Source: Octopus bimaculoides (taxonomy: Eukaryota). Taken from it: a DNA stretch of 64,000 nucleotides. Shown piece by piece: positions 38,776-51,203 of the stretch. The position numbers and the translations under genes were made by a program. The stretch lies in NCBI RefSeq assembly GCF_001194135.2, contig NC_068986.1, positions 81,550,834-81,614,833 on the forward strand, given 5' to 3'. The notes beneath the pieces were generated by a model. It was not told where the DNA came from and searched no databases. It saw only the letters and a list, made by a program, of their open reading frames with translations. How positions within the stretch are numbered: position 1 is the stretch's first letter; each line of letters starts with the position of its first letter.

Positions 38776-39450
38776 TTCTATTTTGATATGTCTTCTGTTG
38801 TAGATTCTATGTTGATATCTACTCTATTATATATAGTATGTTGACTTGCATCCTATTATGTATATTGACATGTGCCCTACTATATAAAAATATTCTCTTG
38901 AGGTGTATCCTACTATATATACTATGCCGACATGTACTCTGCCGTATATACTATGTTGATATGTACCCTGCTTTTTTTAATGCTATTATGACATGTACCT
39001 TCCTTTATATACTGAGTTGATATTTACTCTATTAAATATACTATGTTGAGATGTGCCCTGTTGTAGATACTATGTTGATATGTACCCTGCTGCACACCGT
39101 TGGTATGTATCCTGTTGTACATGTGCCCAACTGTACGTACTATCTTGGCATCTGCTGTGATGTATGTACTAAATTAATCTGTGCCCTACTATTACCCTTC
39201 TTTTTAAAAAATATATACAATGACATGCACCCTACTCTATATACTTTGTTGACATGTATGTTGCTGTCAATTGACAGACATTTACCTAAGTGTATAGCCT
39301 ATGTTAACATGTACATTACTGTATATATACTATGTTAACATGTAGTTTACTGCATATACTATGTTGACATGCACCATGCTGTATATATGATGTTGACATG
39401 TGCCCTTCTGTATATATGATGTTATCACCTATCTTGCTATATTGACACCT
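38776..39450. repeat. About 29-bp degenerate minisatellite (consensus TACTATGTTGACATGTACCCTGCTGTATA)
   Basis: Recurring ATGTTGA(C/T)ATGT(A/G)CCCT units, with clean 29-bp spacing at 39332-39420. Confidence 0.88.
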
Positions 39451-40300
39451 CTTGCTGTACATGTTTCTTTCGGACAATCCTAAAGTTTCAAATGGAAATT
39501 CAATCCAGAGTCACATGGGTTAAAGTGTTCATTCAGCTTATTTAACAACACAAGCTAAATGTGTGTGTGTGTGTGTGTGTGTAATCATGCATGTACACAT
39601 TTGTACAGTACTCACACACATTTATGCAACATACAAGGATACACATGGACTTACTCATATGTACACCAGGCAGTTACACACTCACAAAAACACTCATAGA
39701 ATGCACATGCATTAAAAAAAACATACAATAGATACCTTTACACATGCAAACAACCACATGCATACACTACATTTGTGTGATAATGATAGCTGGCAAGGGA
39801 GCTTGAACTAAAGAATTTATATGTATGGGATATTATTGATCTTTCTATGTTGGTTTTGAAATCTATGACTAACTAAAAATACACAGAAGTTGATGCTGTA
39901 ACTAGATGAATGGTGTAGTGAGTATGCCTACTTTCTACCTTCTCTGCTCCCCTCAAACCTCTTTCAAATAAAACATTATAAAACCATGGTAGTGAATTTT
40001 ATTGTCTTTCACTTTCTTATTTCAATTCAGTTTTATATATATATATATTTGCATTTATGCTTGTATGTATATATTGTGTATGAGTGTAGATAGTAATTTG
40101 ACTTGACAGGAATAGTACCATATAATATTTAGTTTTTTCCTCTCTCTTTATTTTTCCAAGGGTTTTTGTTGAGTTTTTCATTGCTCTACACTCAGTTAAG
40201 TACCCTTATTGATTCACTCAACAATACCCACCTTTTCTAGTCAAAAAGTTGTCCAGCTGCTAAACTAAGATATCACTAGACTCTCACACACACACACACA

Positions 40301-40356
<56 letters not shown>

Positions 40357-40619
40357 CAATCATCATTTCACTTGTTGCCATTTTTTTGTTTGTTTGGTTT
40401 GCTCAGAGGTGTAACTGTAGTACCCATGACCTTTTCCAGTGCTGCTGAGACTGGTGAGAGGAAATGTGAGTAATTTAACCTGGATACTTGCAACAGCATG
40501 TACTCTGTCAAAGGTACCTATGAGCCAGTTAGCTGTTTTAAACTGGGCACTGGATTAACTTTTCCACCCAAATATACACACATCTACATTGCAGCTTTGA
40601 AAGCAGACATTCACAACAC

Positions 40620-41700
40620 TCAGTCTTTGATTCTCTGCAAGCACACATGTACACACTGGTATGTACAAAAGTCTGTTGCACACATGCATATAAAAAAAGA
40701 CATACATACATACACTCTCCACCCTCTATGTATACTGCATCTGTGTATTAATGGTAGCTGCTGATATCCTGTGAAGTTCAACGTCCTCAGATCATCCCTC
40801 TCCACTTCTGCACAGTCTTCTCCTTCTGTAGGTTCTTTCAGCTTGTGTTGTCTCTTTTTCACCTAACTGTCACCCATCATATGTCTATACCATTGTAGTT
40901 TTCTACTTTGCACACTACAGTGGATACTTCCTTCTGATAGCCAGTTCTTTCACACTGATATTTGATTTTCATGCTGTATATATGATGTTGACATGTGCCC
41001 TTCTGTATATATGATGTTGTCACGTATCTTGCTATATTTATATGATATTGACATAGAATGCTTCCCTCATTTCCTTCCAACCTTCACATATCCTTCACAT
41101 CTAGCATTCATGCCTTGCTTTTGTGCAATATCAGACTTTATAAATGAGCATTATACAATTTGCTTTACATCTAGGGAGAGAAATCCTTACTTGTCAACAT
41201 AGGTAATAGTGCTTTGAACTTTTCTCTAATTTGGGTTATTATGCTTTTTGTAAAATGCACTCCCACTATTGATTAGGTCACTTAGTTAACAGGAGTTATC
41301 ACCGGCTCCTGAAGATCTTTCTGGACATTTGAGAAACTTCATTTGTTGGGGGTTCATATTGTATCTATTTCATATCCTTCTTTTCAGCCTATCTGAACTC
41401 TGACTGTATATTTTGTGTAATAGAATTCCTGTTTTCTCCTCTTCTGTAGATTAAGTATTATCACTTCCCAATAGGCAGTTGTGTTCTTTCTTTTCTACTG
41501 ATTAAAACTTCCATCTCTGCTAAATTGACCTTCTGTTCTCTCAATTCTAGATTCCACTACCACACTTGGAACTTTCTCTCTCTTATTCTTCAGTTGATCT
41601 TGTTTTGAGTACTGGTTCATTAGATACACAGTATTATCATGGGCGGTTGCTTTTAAACTCTGTTATGATGTGAGGGAGCTGTAACAAATAAGTGAATTGG
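40620..41700 (-). mobile_element. Fragmented RTE LINE ORF2 remnants
   Basis: The minus strand at about 41480-41640 gives PVLKTRSTEE*ERKFQVW*WNLELREQKVNLAEMEVLISRK (compare ADDLVLIAES..EL..KFQVWK..LESKGL.VNLAKT.VL). At about 40780-40960 it gives C-terminal DDLRTLNFT-type sequence. Confidence 0.6.
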
Positions 41701-42249
41701 CCCTGATGGACATCTTTCTAAATACTAAATTCCTCAATGAACTCATTTCTAATTTTTGCTTTACTAACGTAATGGCTGTACCTGATTTGCACAGTTCTCA
41801 CCGGTTACTCCTTTACTCAATGTTTTCTTAGTCACCAGATCATAGAGCATAGTACCCTTATGAAAATGTAAGAAATTGTTCTTGACTTAGAACCTCTCTT
41901 CTAATTGCTACACTAAGAACACACCATCAGTGGTCTCACTTCTTGCCACAAACACAAACTGCATCTTATCTAAACAAATTTTCTCTGTAGTGCCACTTTT
42001 GTCCTTGTTGTAGTTCATAATACTGCTGCTCCACTAATCACTGAAATTAACACATCCCTACACAACCCGATTGACTGCTTCACTAACCAATATATGTTCT
42101 ATTTCACAAAACATCTTTAGCATCTTGGTGATTATCCTTGATAGTCCAGCTGCTTTCTTTGCTTTCAACTTCTCAAAGGCCCTTGTAACATGTAGCAATT
42201 AACTTCAATACCTTCTCCCTTTGTTGGATTTACTTGAAGTAACTCCTCT

Positions 42250-42600
42250 TTTTCCCAAATGTGTAACGTCAGTGTGCATGAATGGTTGGTTACTAATGAA
42301 CTGTGAGAAAAACTAAATGCAAGAGGAATCAGATGTAGTATGCAAGAGAGAAGGCTGCTGGTATGGTTATGTGATGTGTATGGAGGTTGACTACTATATA
42401 AAGAAGTGTTGTCTGCTTGAAATAAATGGAACCTATAAAAGAGGCAGACCATGAATAACTTGGGAAGAAGTGATAAAATTGATCTGAAGATGTTGCATGT
42501 CACACAAAAAATGACAAATGACTGCATTGATTGACAATTCATGATGCTGGAGAAGACCTGACCACAGAAGACCCAACCAGTAGTGCAAGTATGGTGAATC
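42250..42600 (+). mobile_element. RTE LINE ORF2 C-terminal fragment
   Basis: MCNVSVHE...EKLNARGIRCSMQERR / WYGYVMCME...KKC...GTYKRGRP..TWEEV. Confidence 0.75.
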
Positions 42601-42664
42601 AAAAGTCATAACAAGTGTGTTAATGATGTAAAATGAGTGGTATTATGTAATATGTGTATTTTCA

Positions 42665-42697
<33 letters not shown>

Positions 42698-42914
42698 ACT
42701 CGTGCACATGTAGGTATATTTACCTCCAAGTTCACTATGACTGCCTCTTTCATTTCTTGACAATCTCTCATTTTCCTATCATTCATACTTTTGTAAACTT
42801 TATCTGTCATTCAACCCACTATCATTCATACCTCTCATTTGTAAAGTGTTTGGTGAGTGAACTGAGATGTGCAGGCAAGAGAACTTTTAATCTTATTGTA
42901 GACATGGCTTCCCC

Positions 42915-43240
42915 TCTAGTGCTGGCGGACCTAGAAAGAATTGAAGCAAGCATGATTCACTGGATCAGCTATGTTAAGTGCACATGAACAATGAAGTGTA
43001 AATGACCTGACAGACGAACAGGGTATAAGAGAAATCAGATATATCGAGCAAGAGATATCAGGTGCATGAACAAGTGCTACATGGTACCTGTGGAAGGGAA
43101 ACATAGAAGTCTTTGGATGAAATAGTGAAAAATGATCTCAAGATGTACATCTGAAGACAGAGAACCATGTTTATTGGTGATATGCATTGCTGCAAAAGAC
43201 TCGGCCTTCCCTGCATGCTTAGCAAAATACTTATAAAAAT
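42915..43240 (+). mobile_element. RTE LINE ORF2 C-terminal fragment (internally deleted)
   Basis: DLERIEASMIHWISYVKC and GTCGRET...DEIVKNDLKMY-type segments. Confidence 0.65.
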
Positions 43241-44335
43241 AGCGAGTTAGTTCATTTACTTCTCAGCCTATTACCTGGTGCATGAACCTCTGCCTATTGC
43301 TTCTTCAAATCCTTCACAAATCTCCACCATAATCTCTTCTCTAACTCAGTGTCATTCTACCTGTAATGGAGAGGAAAGCACTTGATCTGTTTATATTGAA
43401 TATCCTCCTCTCTACTTCCACCACTCATATCTTGCTGCTCCTTTTTTCTATCTATATCCTTTTGAATCATAATGTTTGATTGAGGAGGGACTGCATTCTG
43501 GCAGCCTTTACCCACTTTTCCCTGTTCTTCTGTCATCACTCTCTGATGGACATGTTTGTATAATGTGGGGTGGTACTACATCTCTTCCTGCTCAACCCAC
43601 ACCACCATCCTCGTCAGTCTCTCTCTTTCTCTCTCTACCTAATGCTACTTTTTCCTTTTTCCCATTCGTTACTTCCTTTCCCTAACGGTCTCTATTAGTT
43701 TTACCCCTAATTCTTCCCTTAATAATAAACTTGTATAACTCCTATGAGAACTGACTCAGATCTTGATGAATTGCCTAACCCATACAGGCCTGGAAAGGTG
43801 TTGTAAAATGAAATGTGGGAGAGCACTAGGTCCTCTTACTTGACCCATCATATCATCCATACTACTTTGTCTTTTTGCTCTTTCACACTAATACTAACTT
43901 TTCTTTCCCTTCTTCTGTTTCGTCCATTATACCCCCCACCCAATTATATATTCTTTCTGTTACACTGTCCACTAACTTCCCCTCACAACAATATATCTGT
44001 TCCATCATACTGTAACTCTACTCTTTCAATTATAGAGGCTTTCACCTTGTAGGCTGCTAGGTAAACCTCATTAGTGCTGGTGCCATGATAAAAGCTAGTG
44101 CAAATTGAATTGAGCAGTGACAATGCAGGGCTTGAGAAAGCTTGCTGAAAGACCACCTCTATAGTGCTGGAGCCATGAAAAAATGAAATATGAAGTGGTT
44201 GTTGTTAAGAAGGGCATCTAGGGATTGAAACCATGCCAAGAACTGAAACATTGGCAGGAGACATGGTTCTCTAACCTGGATTCTGTTGAGCCATCTAACC
44301 TATGGCAACATGCATGGAAAATGGATCAAAAAATG

Positions 44336-44377
<42 letters not shown>

Positions 44378-44577
44378 TATGTGATGCCCCAGCATGGCCA
44401 CAACCTTATGAATGAAACATATAGAAGAGTATATATATTACCATCATCATTTAATGTCCACCTTCCATATACTGTGATGGGTAAAAAAATAGCACAGAAC
44501 AATGACAGAACATGTGGAAAAATTACATGTGATATGGATATAAATATGTATATATTTATATGTATGTATGTATGTGT

Positions 44578-44614
<37 letters not shown>

Positions 44615-44641
44615 CATACACACACACATATATATACACAT

Positions 44642-44696
<55 letters not shown>

Positions 44697-46243
44697 CACA
44701 TAAGTATGTTATAAAATGTAGTCCTTGTTATAGAAAATGATGTTCTGGTCATAGTTGGGAGGCTTTCATCATAATTCTATGCAGTCATGACAGTTGTGTG
44801 GCTAAGCAACAACAACAACTTTAAATGTTTTCAAAAGTCCAGTTTGTCAATGATTCTTTCCTCTACATCTGTTATTTTTATCCTCAGTTTTCTTTACTCC
44901 CTCCTGCTTGTGTAAAAATATTCAATAAATTAATCTTTTTATATAAGTCCCTGTCACTGTGAAAGGCATCATTTCTCAATTAGCATGATAGTGCTTGTAT
45001 ATTATTTCAAAAAAATATGTTGGTAATGACCTCATAACCTTAACTGTATTTCTGCAAATGGCAATGCCTTTCTGTACTGTATATCAGCTTCACTAACAAA
45101 TAATTACTAGTTGCTAGTTCCCACTGTCCTCATATTTAGAAGCCATTAAGGCAGGGAACAAGTTTATTATATCTTCAAAAACAATATTGCTGGAGGATTT
45201 ATCAGGACGATAATCTAATTTCTTTCACTTCCACAGTTAGCTTTCACTTCACTTGCTTTAATTAGCTACACAGCTAATAACAGTTGTGTTTAGCCCCAGG
45301 TCAACTCTGATCCAGTAGACCTATGATGAAAGTCATTCTAGTTGCTGCCATTATATCTTTTTTTTGGTGTAATAAGCATTTGAGATGGTTGATATGATTT
45401 TATGAAATTTAGCTGATATTTCTTGCTGAATGAGTTAAGGCATGCATACTTTCTTGTTGACCTACCTAATAACTTTTATGACTTAACCCTACTGTATCTA
45501 TTCCCATGCAAGGTGTGTGTGTGAAATATGTATATGATTCATGATATTCTGTGAAGTATACTTCCTTATGAACATTGTTGTTTTCTATTCTCATTTCTCT
45601 TCATAATTAAAACATTAAGCTTATAAAACCATTTAGTTTTTAGTCAGTTTAAATCTAAGAATTTTTCCCCTTCCCTCTCCTAGCAAAAATTATTATTAAT
45701 GGTAATAATTTTTCTTTTTATTATGGATGTAATTTTTTAATTAATGAACCCTCTTTTAGTGCTTCACTAAATTGAAATGAGCTCCTACTTAGCTGTATAT
45801 TGTTCATGCTGATTGCATCCTGGGAAATTTTCCTATGTCATCTTAAATTCCAGCCACTGAAGATTTTTTTTTCATTCAAAATTTACAGATTGATTCTAAG
45901 GTCTTATAATTATTTTACTGTATGAACTGTATATTGGTATTCTTTAATTAATGTGATTAGATCTTTATTTTATTTGTTATTCTTTAACTATAATGTTACA
46001 ACTTTTTATTCATCTGGCTTTGTAGTTGTACTAACTTTGTCCTACTTAACCCTCTGAAATTTTTCTCAGCTGAAATCTATATTTTTAACAAAGAATAATA
46101 AATGATGGTATGTCATTCCTAGGTGAAGTGTAGCGGATAATCTATTTTCTGATAACAGCCACCTGAGGTAGATTGTTAATAACTAGTCATTCAGAAAGAA
46201 CACACCTGTTACATTTAATGACTGAATATTAAATTGGTTTCTT

Positions 46244-46892
46244 GGATCTTGTTCAACACGGGGGCACCAGTATTTTCTTAACGAAACACTTTGAAACTTG
46301 GGACACTAGTAGAATGTGTCATATAAAACATTTTTTTCTCTTAGTCTTCTTAACAAAAAAAACGTACATCGCAAGTTATTTCATGTTAAAGTTGTCGTAT
46401 TTCTGTAATTTCAACCAATGACTGACGTCCATTCAGCCGTATACATTAAGTGCTGACTACGTAAACAAACGATTCTCGGCGGTGATAAAATTATTTCCTT
46501 GTCAAAAAATGGCTGAAGCATATTGGCAGTAGCTAATAAACCTTTCTATTATAGGCACAAGGCATGGTTTTTGAGGGAAGGAGCAAGTCGGTTAGGGAAA
46601 ACGAACACACGTGTGTTGCCTCTGCAAAATGTCAGAAGTAATGGAGATTAAATACGCTTTACACTGCTGAAAGTGCCAAAGGAGTAAGTGTAAACAGCTG
46701 AATACTTGTCAGTGATTGGTTGAAATTATTGAAATAAGACAATTTTTTACATGAAATAAATCCGAATACAAAATTTTTTTTCTGTTCTATAACACAAAAT
46801 AGATAAGTATACAAAGTTTGAAAGTCTTTCGGTACCAAAAACACTACATAAAACATAAATGAAAACTGGTGCCCCCGTTTTGAACAAGATCC
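46244..46892. mobile_element. Non-autonomous TIR element, 8-bp TSD (Merlin- or MULE-like), copy 1
   Basis: 28-bp TIR GGATCTTGTTCAA(C/A)ACGGGGGCACCAGT with 1 mismatch. TSD GGTTTCTT at 46236-46243 and 46893-46900. Confidence 0.9.
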
Positions 46893-49800
46893 GGTTTCTT
46901 TTGTACTATTAATTAATAATTCCTATTTGTCAAGATAATAATTGGATAAAATTTGTGATGTTTCAGGAAGGACTGCTCTCTTGAATTTTTTTTCTAATGA
47001 TAGAAAAAAGGGGAGAAAAAAAAAAAAGGATTGAGAGGAATGCCTAAAAGGTTATTATGATAATGTTGGGGAGTTATGCTGTTATACTGCCATGTTATAT
47101 ACAATATAGAATTTTCGTTCTAAGTTGAATGTCTTTTTAGAAAACATTTTTATCAGAGAAATAGAAACAATTGCTTCATCAGCTTTCAGCAGAATTGTTT
47201 GTGCATACAAGATATGAAGTAATTTATATGTCTATGATGGCTTACATTTATTTATTTAAATTTGATGCTGAGGAAAGATGCCTGTCCAAGACATGATAGG
47301 AAAGACAGTTGATTTTGCTAATGGAATTGCTTTATTGTTGTAGTTGGAAACAAAACTATAACAGATACTAATTTTGTTCAGGAAGCTTTTGATCATTGTA
47401 CATGTTACTGGATAATCAAACTTAGTGATTCATCTGATTGATAAAGCTTTTTCGAATTTTAGAAATGTCTAACTGAAGTTTATCTTTCTAATACTTGTTG
47501 CATATATAGCTACATTTAGCATAGCTGTTAATGTATGAGACTAACTTAAGGTGACATATAAGAATTGTGTTTAAATACACTCTGACAGCTTATTCTCTTA
47601 CATTTACTTAGATATTTAAATAAATATGGACAGTCTGCTAGAGTGAAAGATAATGGCTCAACTTGTTCTAATATATATATTTTTGCATTTGTTACTTACA
47701 AAATAGGAATCAATAAATAGAAGGACTCTGTGACTAAACATTAAAATTGTAGAATAGACTTGAATCATAAGACAGGAGTCGACCTTTGTAGGAATAGATA
47801 TAACAATTACAACATGGAGGTCAGTAGTACTGTTTTTGTTGTTGTGTAGCCCAGAATTAGTTGTGATTGGGCAAAACTAGCATGCTGGTAGTAGCACAGT
47901 ATGTTAAAATTCTGAAAAATCTAGAATATATATAAAGCATATCGTTGCTATTATGTAAAAGTGTCCTAAGTCCAAAACATTTTCTTTTTCAGAAAACAAA
48001 AATAAAAAAAAAATAGTTTCACCATTCAATTTCTTTTAACATTAGCAACAGTTTCAGCTTAACATTAATACTTTGTTGGGTGCATAAAATTGTAACTCCA
48101 TGCATGTATGATATTTTCTGTCAGAAATATTTTATTTTTGCAAAACTGTTGAATGTGGGACTTACTACACTTTTGAAAAATGCTAAACCATTGTACTACA
48201 CTTTGACAATTTTCATATCTTGGCATCTGAAGCAGTTGGAAGTATGACAGTTTGAAAAAAAAATGCATTCAGCCAAATTTGGACATACGACAGCTTAACA
48301 TAATAACAACAATATGAACTTTCAGGTTATCATTAATTTCAAGTTAATTTAGAAAGTTTATAATGTGTAATAAGCATTAGTAGATGTAACAGTTCATTTA
48401 ACGTCACAGTATGTAACAGGGTATGACTGACATTTTTGTTGTTATTTAGCCCCAAATTAGCTCTGATTCAGTAGACCTATCATGAAATGCATTCCTACTA
48501 TGAATTGTTTTTTTGATATAAGTGATTACATTATCAAATGTATCTTGTGTAAGAAAGTAGGATATGATTTGAGAGTAACATACATGGCTGTTATTTCTAA
48601 CATTTTGAGCAACTCTGTAGACCCTTCTTGTTAGCTTGATATGTTTGAGGTTGTGCAGTGCGGTTATGAGACAGAGAGACAGAGAAATGTTCTCTGCTAA
48701 GCTGGAATACTTATTGTGTAATAGTCAATGTGTTCTGGTAAAATATTGTTGTGGGGACAGGATGATTTATTGGGCTAGTTGTGAAATGAACTTATCAGAT
48801 AATTGTGATGAAATGTATTGACAGTTTAAAACTAAGGTGGTTTTTGTTAACTTCTGACAGCATTCAAAATTTCTGTTAAAGAATTGATGGTGGTAAGAGA
48901 ACCTGTTGGAGATCAACAGCTGAAGTACATAAAGATTTCATAAAATGATTTTTTTAATCTCTAACCCACATGGTTAACTATGGAAATTGCCACTGTCAGA
49001 TGTGTTCCCTGATATCATAAAAATAAATGTTAAAATAAGTGTTGGCACTTGTGTAGATAATCCTGAAGATAATGCTGGCAAAAAATTCAATCAGACTAAT
49101 ACATAATTTAAATCTGACCTCACCATAATATGTGAGAAAGCTTGACTGAGATGAGATGGTCCAAGTGGATAGTTGTATTAACAGTAAAGATTGTAAAATT
49201 AATGAAACATTTAAATTTACCTTATTTTACAACTAGCAGGCTGATGAGCAAGCTTTTACATGATCATGTAACCTGCTAGAAATGACAGCCATATCTTTTC
49301 CAAATTATAATCCTATTGCCCTTTAAAAGAGGATACATTAGATAATTGTAGTCTAGATAGCTCTAAAGCAGATGTCTTGCTGGAATACACTTGATCATAG
49401 GCCTACTCAATCAGGCTTGATCAGGGGCCAAATAATAGATACATCACCTTATGCAATTTACTGTTGATGACAATTATTAGAAGTGGAACATTAAAAAAGT
49501 AAATTACGATAATCTGAACTGTGATGAAAAAAAAAAAAAAGTGATTAAGACTTGAATGTGGAAACTGAGTTAGTCTTCTTCATTACATAGTGTTTCATTA
49601 CTATTGCTGTATAATTTATGAAAGAATCCCCCCTGACACCACCACGTCTGAAATTCTCAATGTTGTGATTTTGTAAAGACCTACAGCATTATTAATATTA
49701 GTAGCATATGTTAACAAAGGTGTTAACATTTTCAATTATAACTATTTGAATCAATTAAAATAGACACTTTATCAACACAAATTCAAAAGATAAAAAATAT

Positions 49801-49909
49801 GCACATGTGCAAGCATGGCTGTGTGATTAAGAAGCTTGCTTTGCAACTACATAATTTCAGGTTCAGTCCCATTTGGCACCTTAGACAAGTGTCTTTTATT
49901 GCAGCCTTG

Positions 49910-50469
49910 GGATCTTTTTTAAAACGGGGGCCACATTTTTCATTAACGAAACACTTTGAAACTTGGATCACTGGTAGAATGTGTCATATAAAACATCTTT
50001 TTCTCTTAGTCTTCTTAAAAAAAAAAGAAATCCATAAATTATTCCATGTTAAAGTTGTCGTATTTCTGTAATTTCAACCAATCACTGACGTCCATTCAGC
50101 CGATATACATTAAGTGCCGACTACATAAACAAACGATTCTGAAACAATTAACCCTAACCCTAACCCTAACCCTAGGGTTAGAGTTAGGGTTAGGGTTAAA
50201 GCAAATTTAAAATGAAAAAAGCAAATAAAACGAAGAATCGTTTGTTTATGTAGTCGGCACTTAATGTATATCGGCTGAATGGACGTCAGTGATTGGTTGA
50301 AATTATCGAAATAAGACAATTTTTTACATGAAATAAATTCGAATACAAAAATATTTTTCTGTTCTATAACACAAAATAGATAAGTATACGAAGTTTGAAA
50401 GTCTTTCGGTACCAAAAGCACTACGTAAAACATTAATGAAAAATGTGGCCCCCGTTTTAAAAAAGATCC
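49910..50469. mobile_element. Non-autonomous TIR element, 8-bp TSD (Merlin- or MULE-like), copy 2
   Basis: Perfect 37-bp TIR (49910-49946 / 50433-50469). TSD CAGCCTTG at 49902-49909 and 50470-50477. Both arms are homologous to copy 1. Confidence 0.93.
50148..50199. repeat. Telomeric-repeat palindrome (CCCTAA)4 / (TTAGGG)n inside the MITE
   Basis: TTAACCCTAACCCTAACCCTAACCCT|AGGGTTAGAGTTAGGGTTAGGGTTAA, i.e. 26+26 bp with no spacer and one mismatch. Confidence 0.95.
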
Positions 50470-51134
50470 CAGCCTTGGGCCAACCAATGCCTTATGAGTG
50501 AATTTTGCAGGCAGAAACTGTGTGGAAACCTCTCATGTATGTATATCTATAAGTGTGTGTGTCTGTGTGTTGGTACCTGCGTGTCAGTGTTGGTTTGTTT
50601 ATAGCCTTATAATTTAGAGGACAAGTACCAAACTTCAAAGAAAAATAGTACTGGTGGGTGATTTGTTTCACTTAAAACTCTTTAATGTGGTGCTCCAGTT
50701 TGGCCACAGTGAAATGTCTGAAAAAAGTAAAAAATAAAAGATATGAGAACCACATACTGGTCTCTAATCACATAATAGCATAATTATGTAACTATTATAC
50801 AATAGCACAGTTGTCTGGATTATAAATATTTGATCCAAGTCTTGTGGCTTGGTTATGGCAGCAATTTTTCTATCTTGGATTCATGTTTATACAGTATCTA
50901 GTTTAATTTAATATAAAAAACATACATTGTTGTTTATTTAATTTATGCCACAATTTGTGTACATTAGCATTATCAGCTACAATTTCTAATGGATAAATCA
51001 CTATCTTTCTGGAGGTGAGTGTAACTATGGGAGTGCCTGCACCTTGGTGAACTTCCTTCAATGAGTACGTCATTTGTTTACTTTTTGGCTGAGATTAATA
51101 TCTTTGCAGTATATGGCTAAAGAAACAAACATAC

Positions 51135-51203
<69 letters not shown>

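Larger units (their letters stand above)
49798..50740 (+). mobile_element. tRNA-derived SINE split by the MITE insertion
   Basis: The SINE head (49798-49909) resumes exactly at CAGCCTTGGGCCAACC (from 50470) and continues to the SINE tail. Confidence 0.85.

Noticed and set aside
15460-39450. Regular 27-29-bp repeats (15460-15910, 29000-29460, 38776-39450) as CRISPR arrays
   Set aside because: The units are contiguous and degenerate with no unique spacers, there are no cas genes, and the context is eukaryotic.
43763-43810. Possible further hammerhead on the + strand (UUGAUGA..GCCU-loop-AGGC..GAAA..GUA)
   Set aside because: Core C3 is changed, stems I and III do not pair, and only 4 bp of stem II remain. 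Too degenerate to call without a family consensus.
50148-50199. Relic of an end-to-end chromosome fusion
   Set aside because: A fusion gives TTAGGG repeats followed by CCCTAA repeats. The order here is reversed, and the array lies inside a TSD-bounded transposon.
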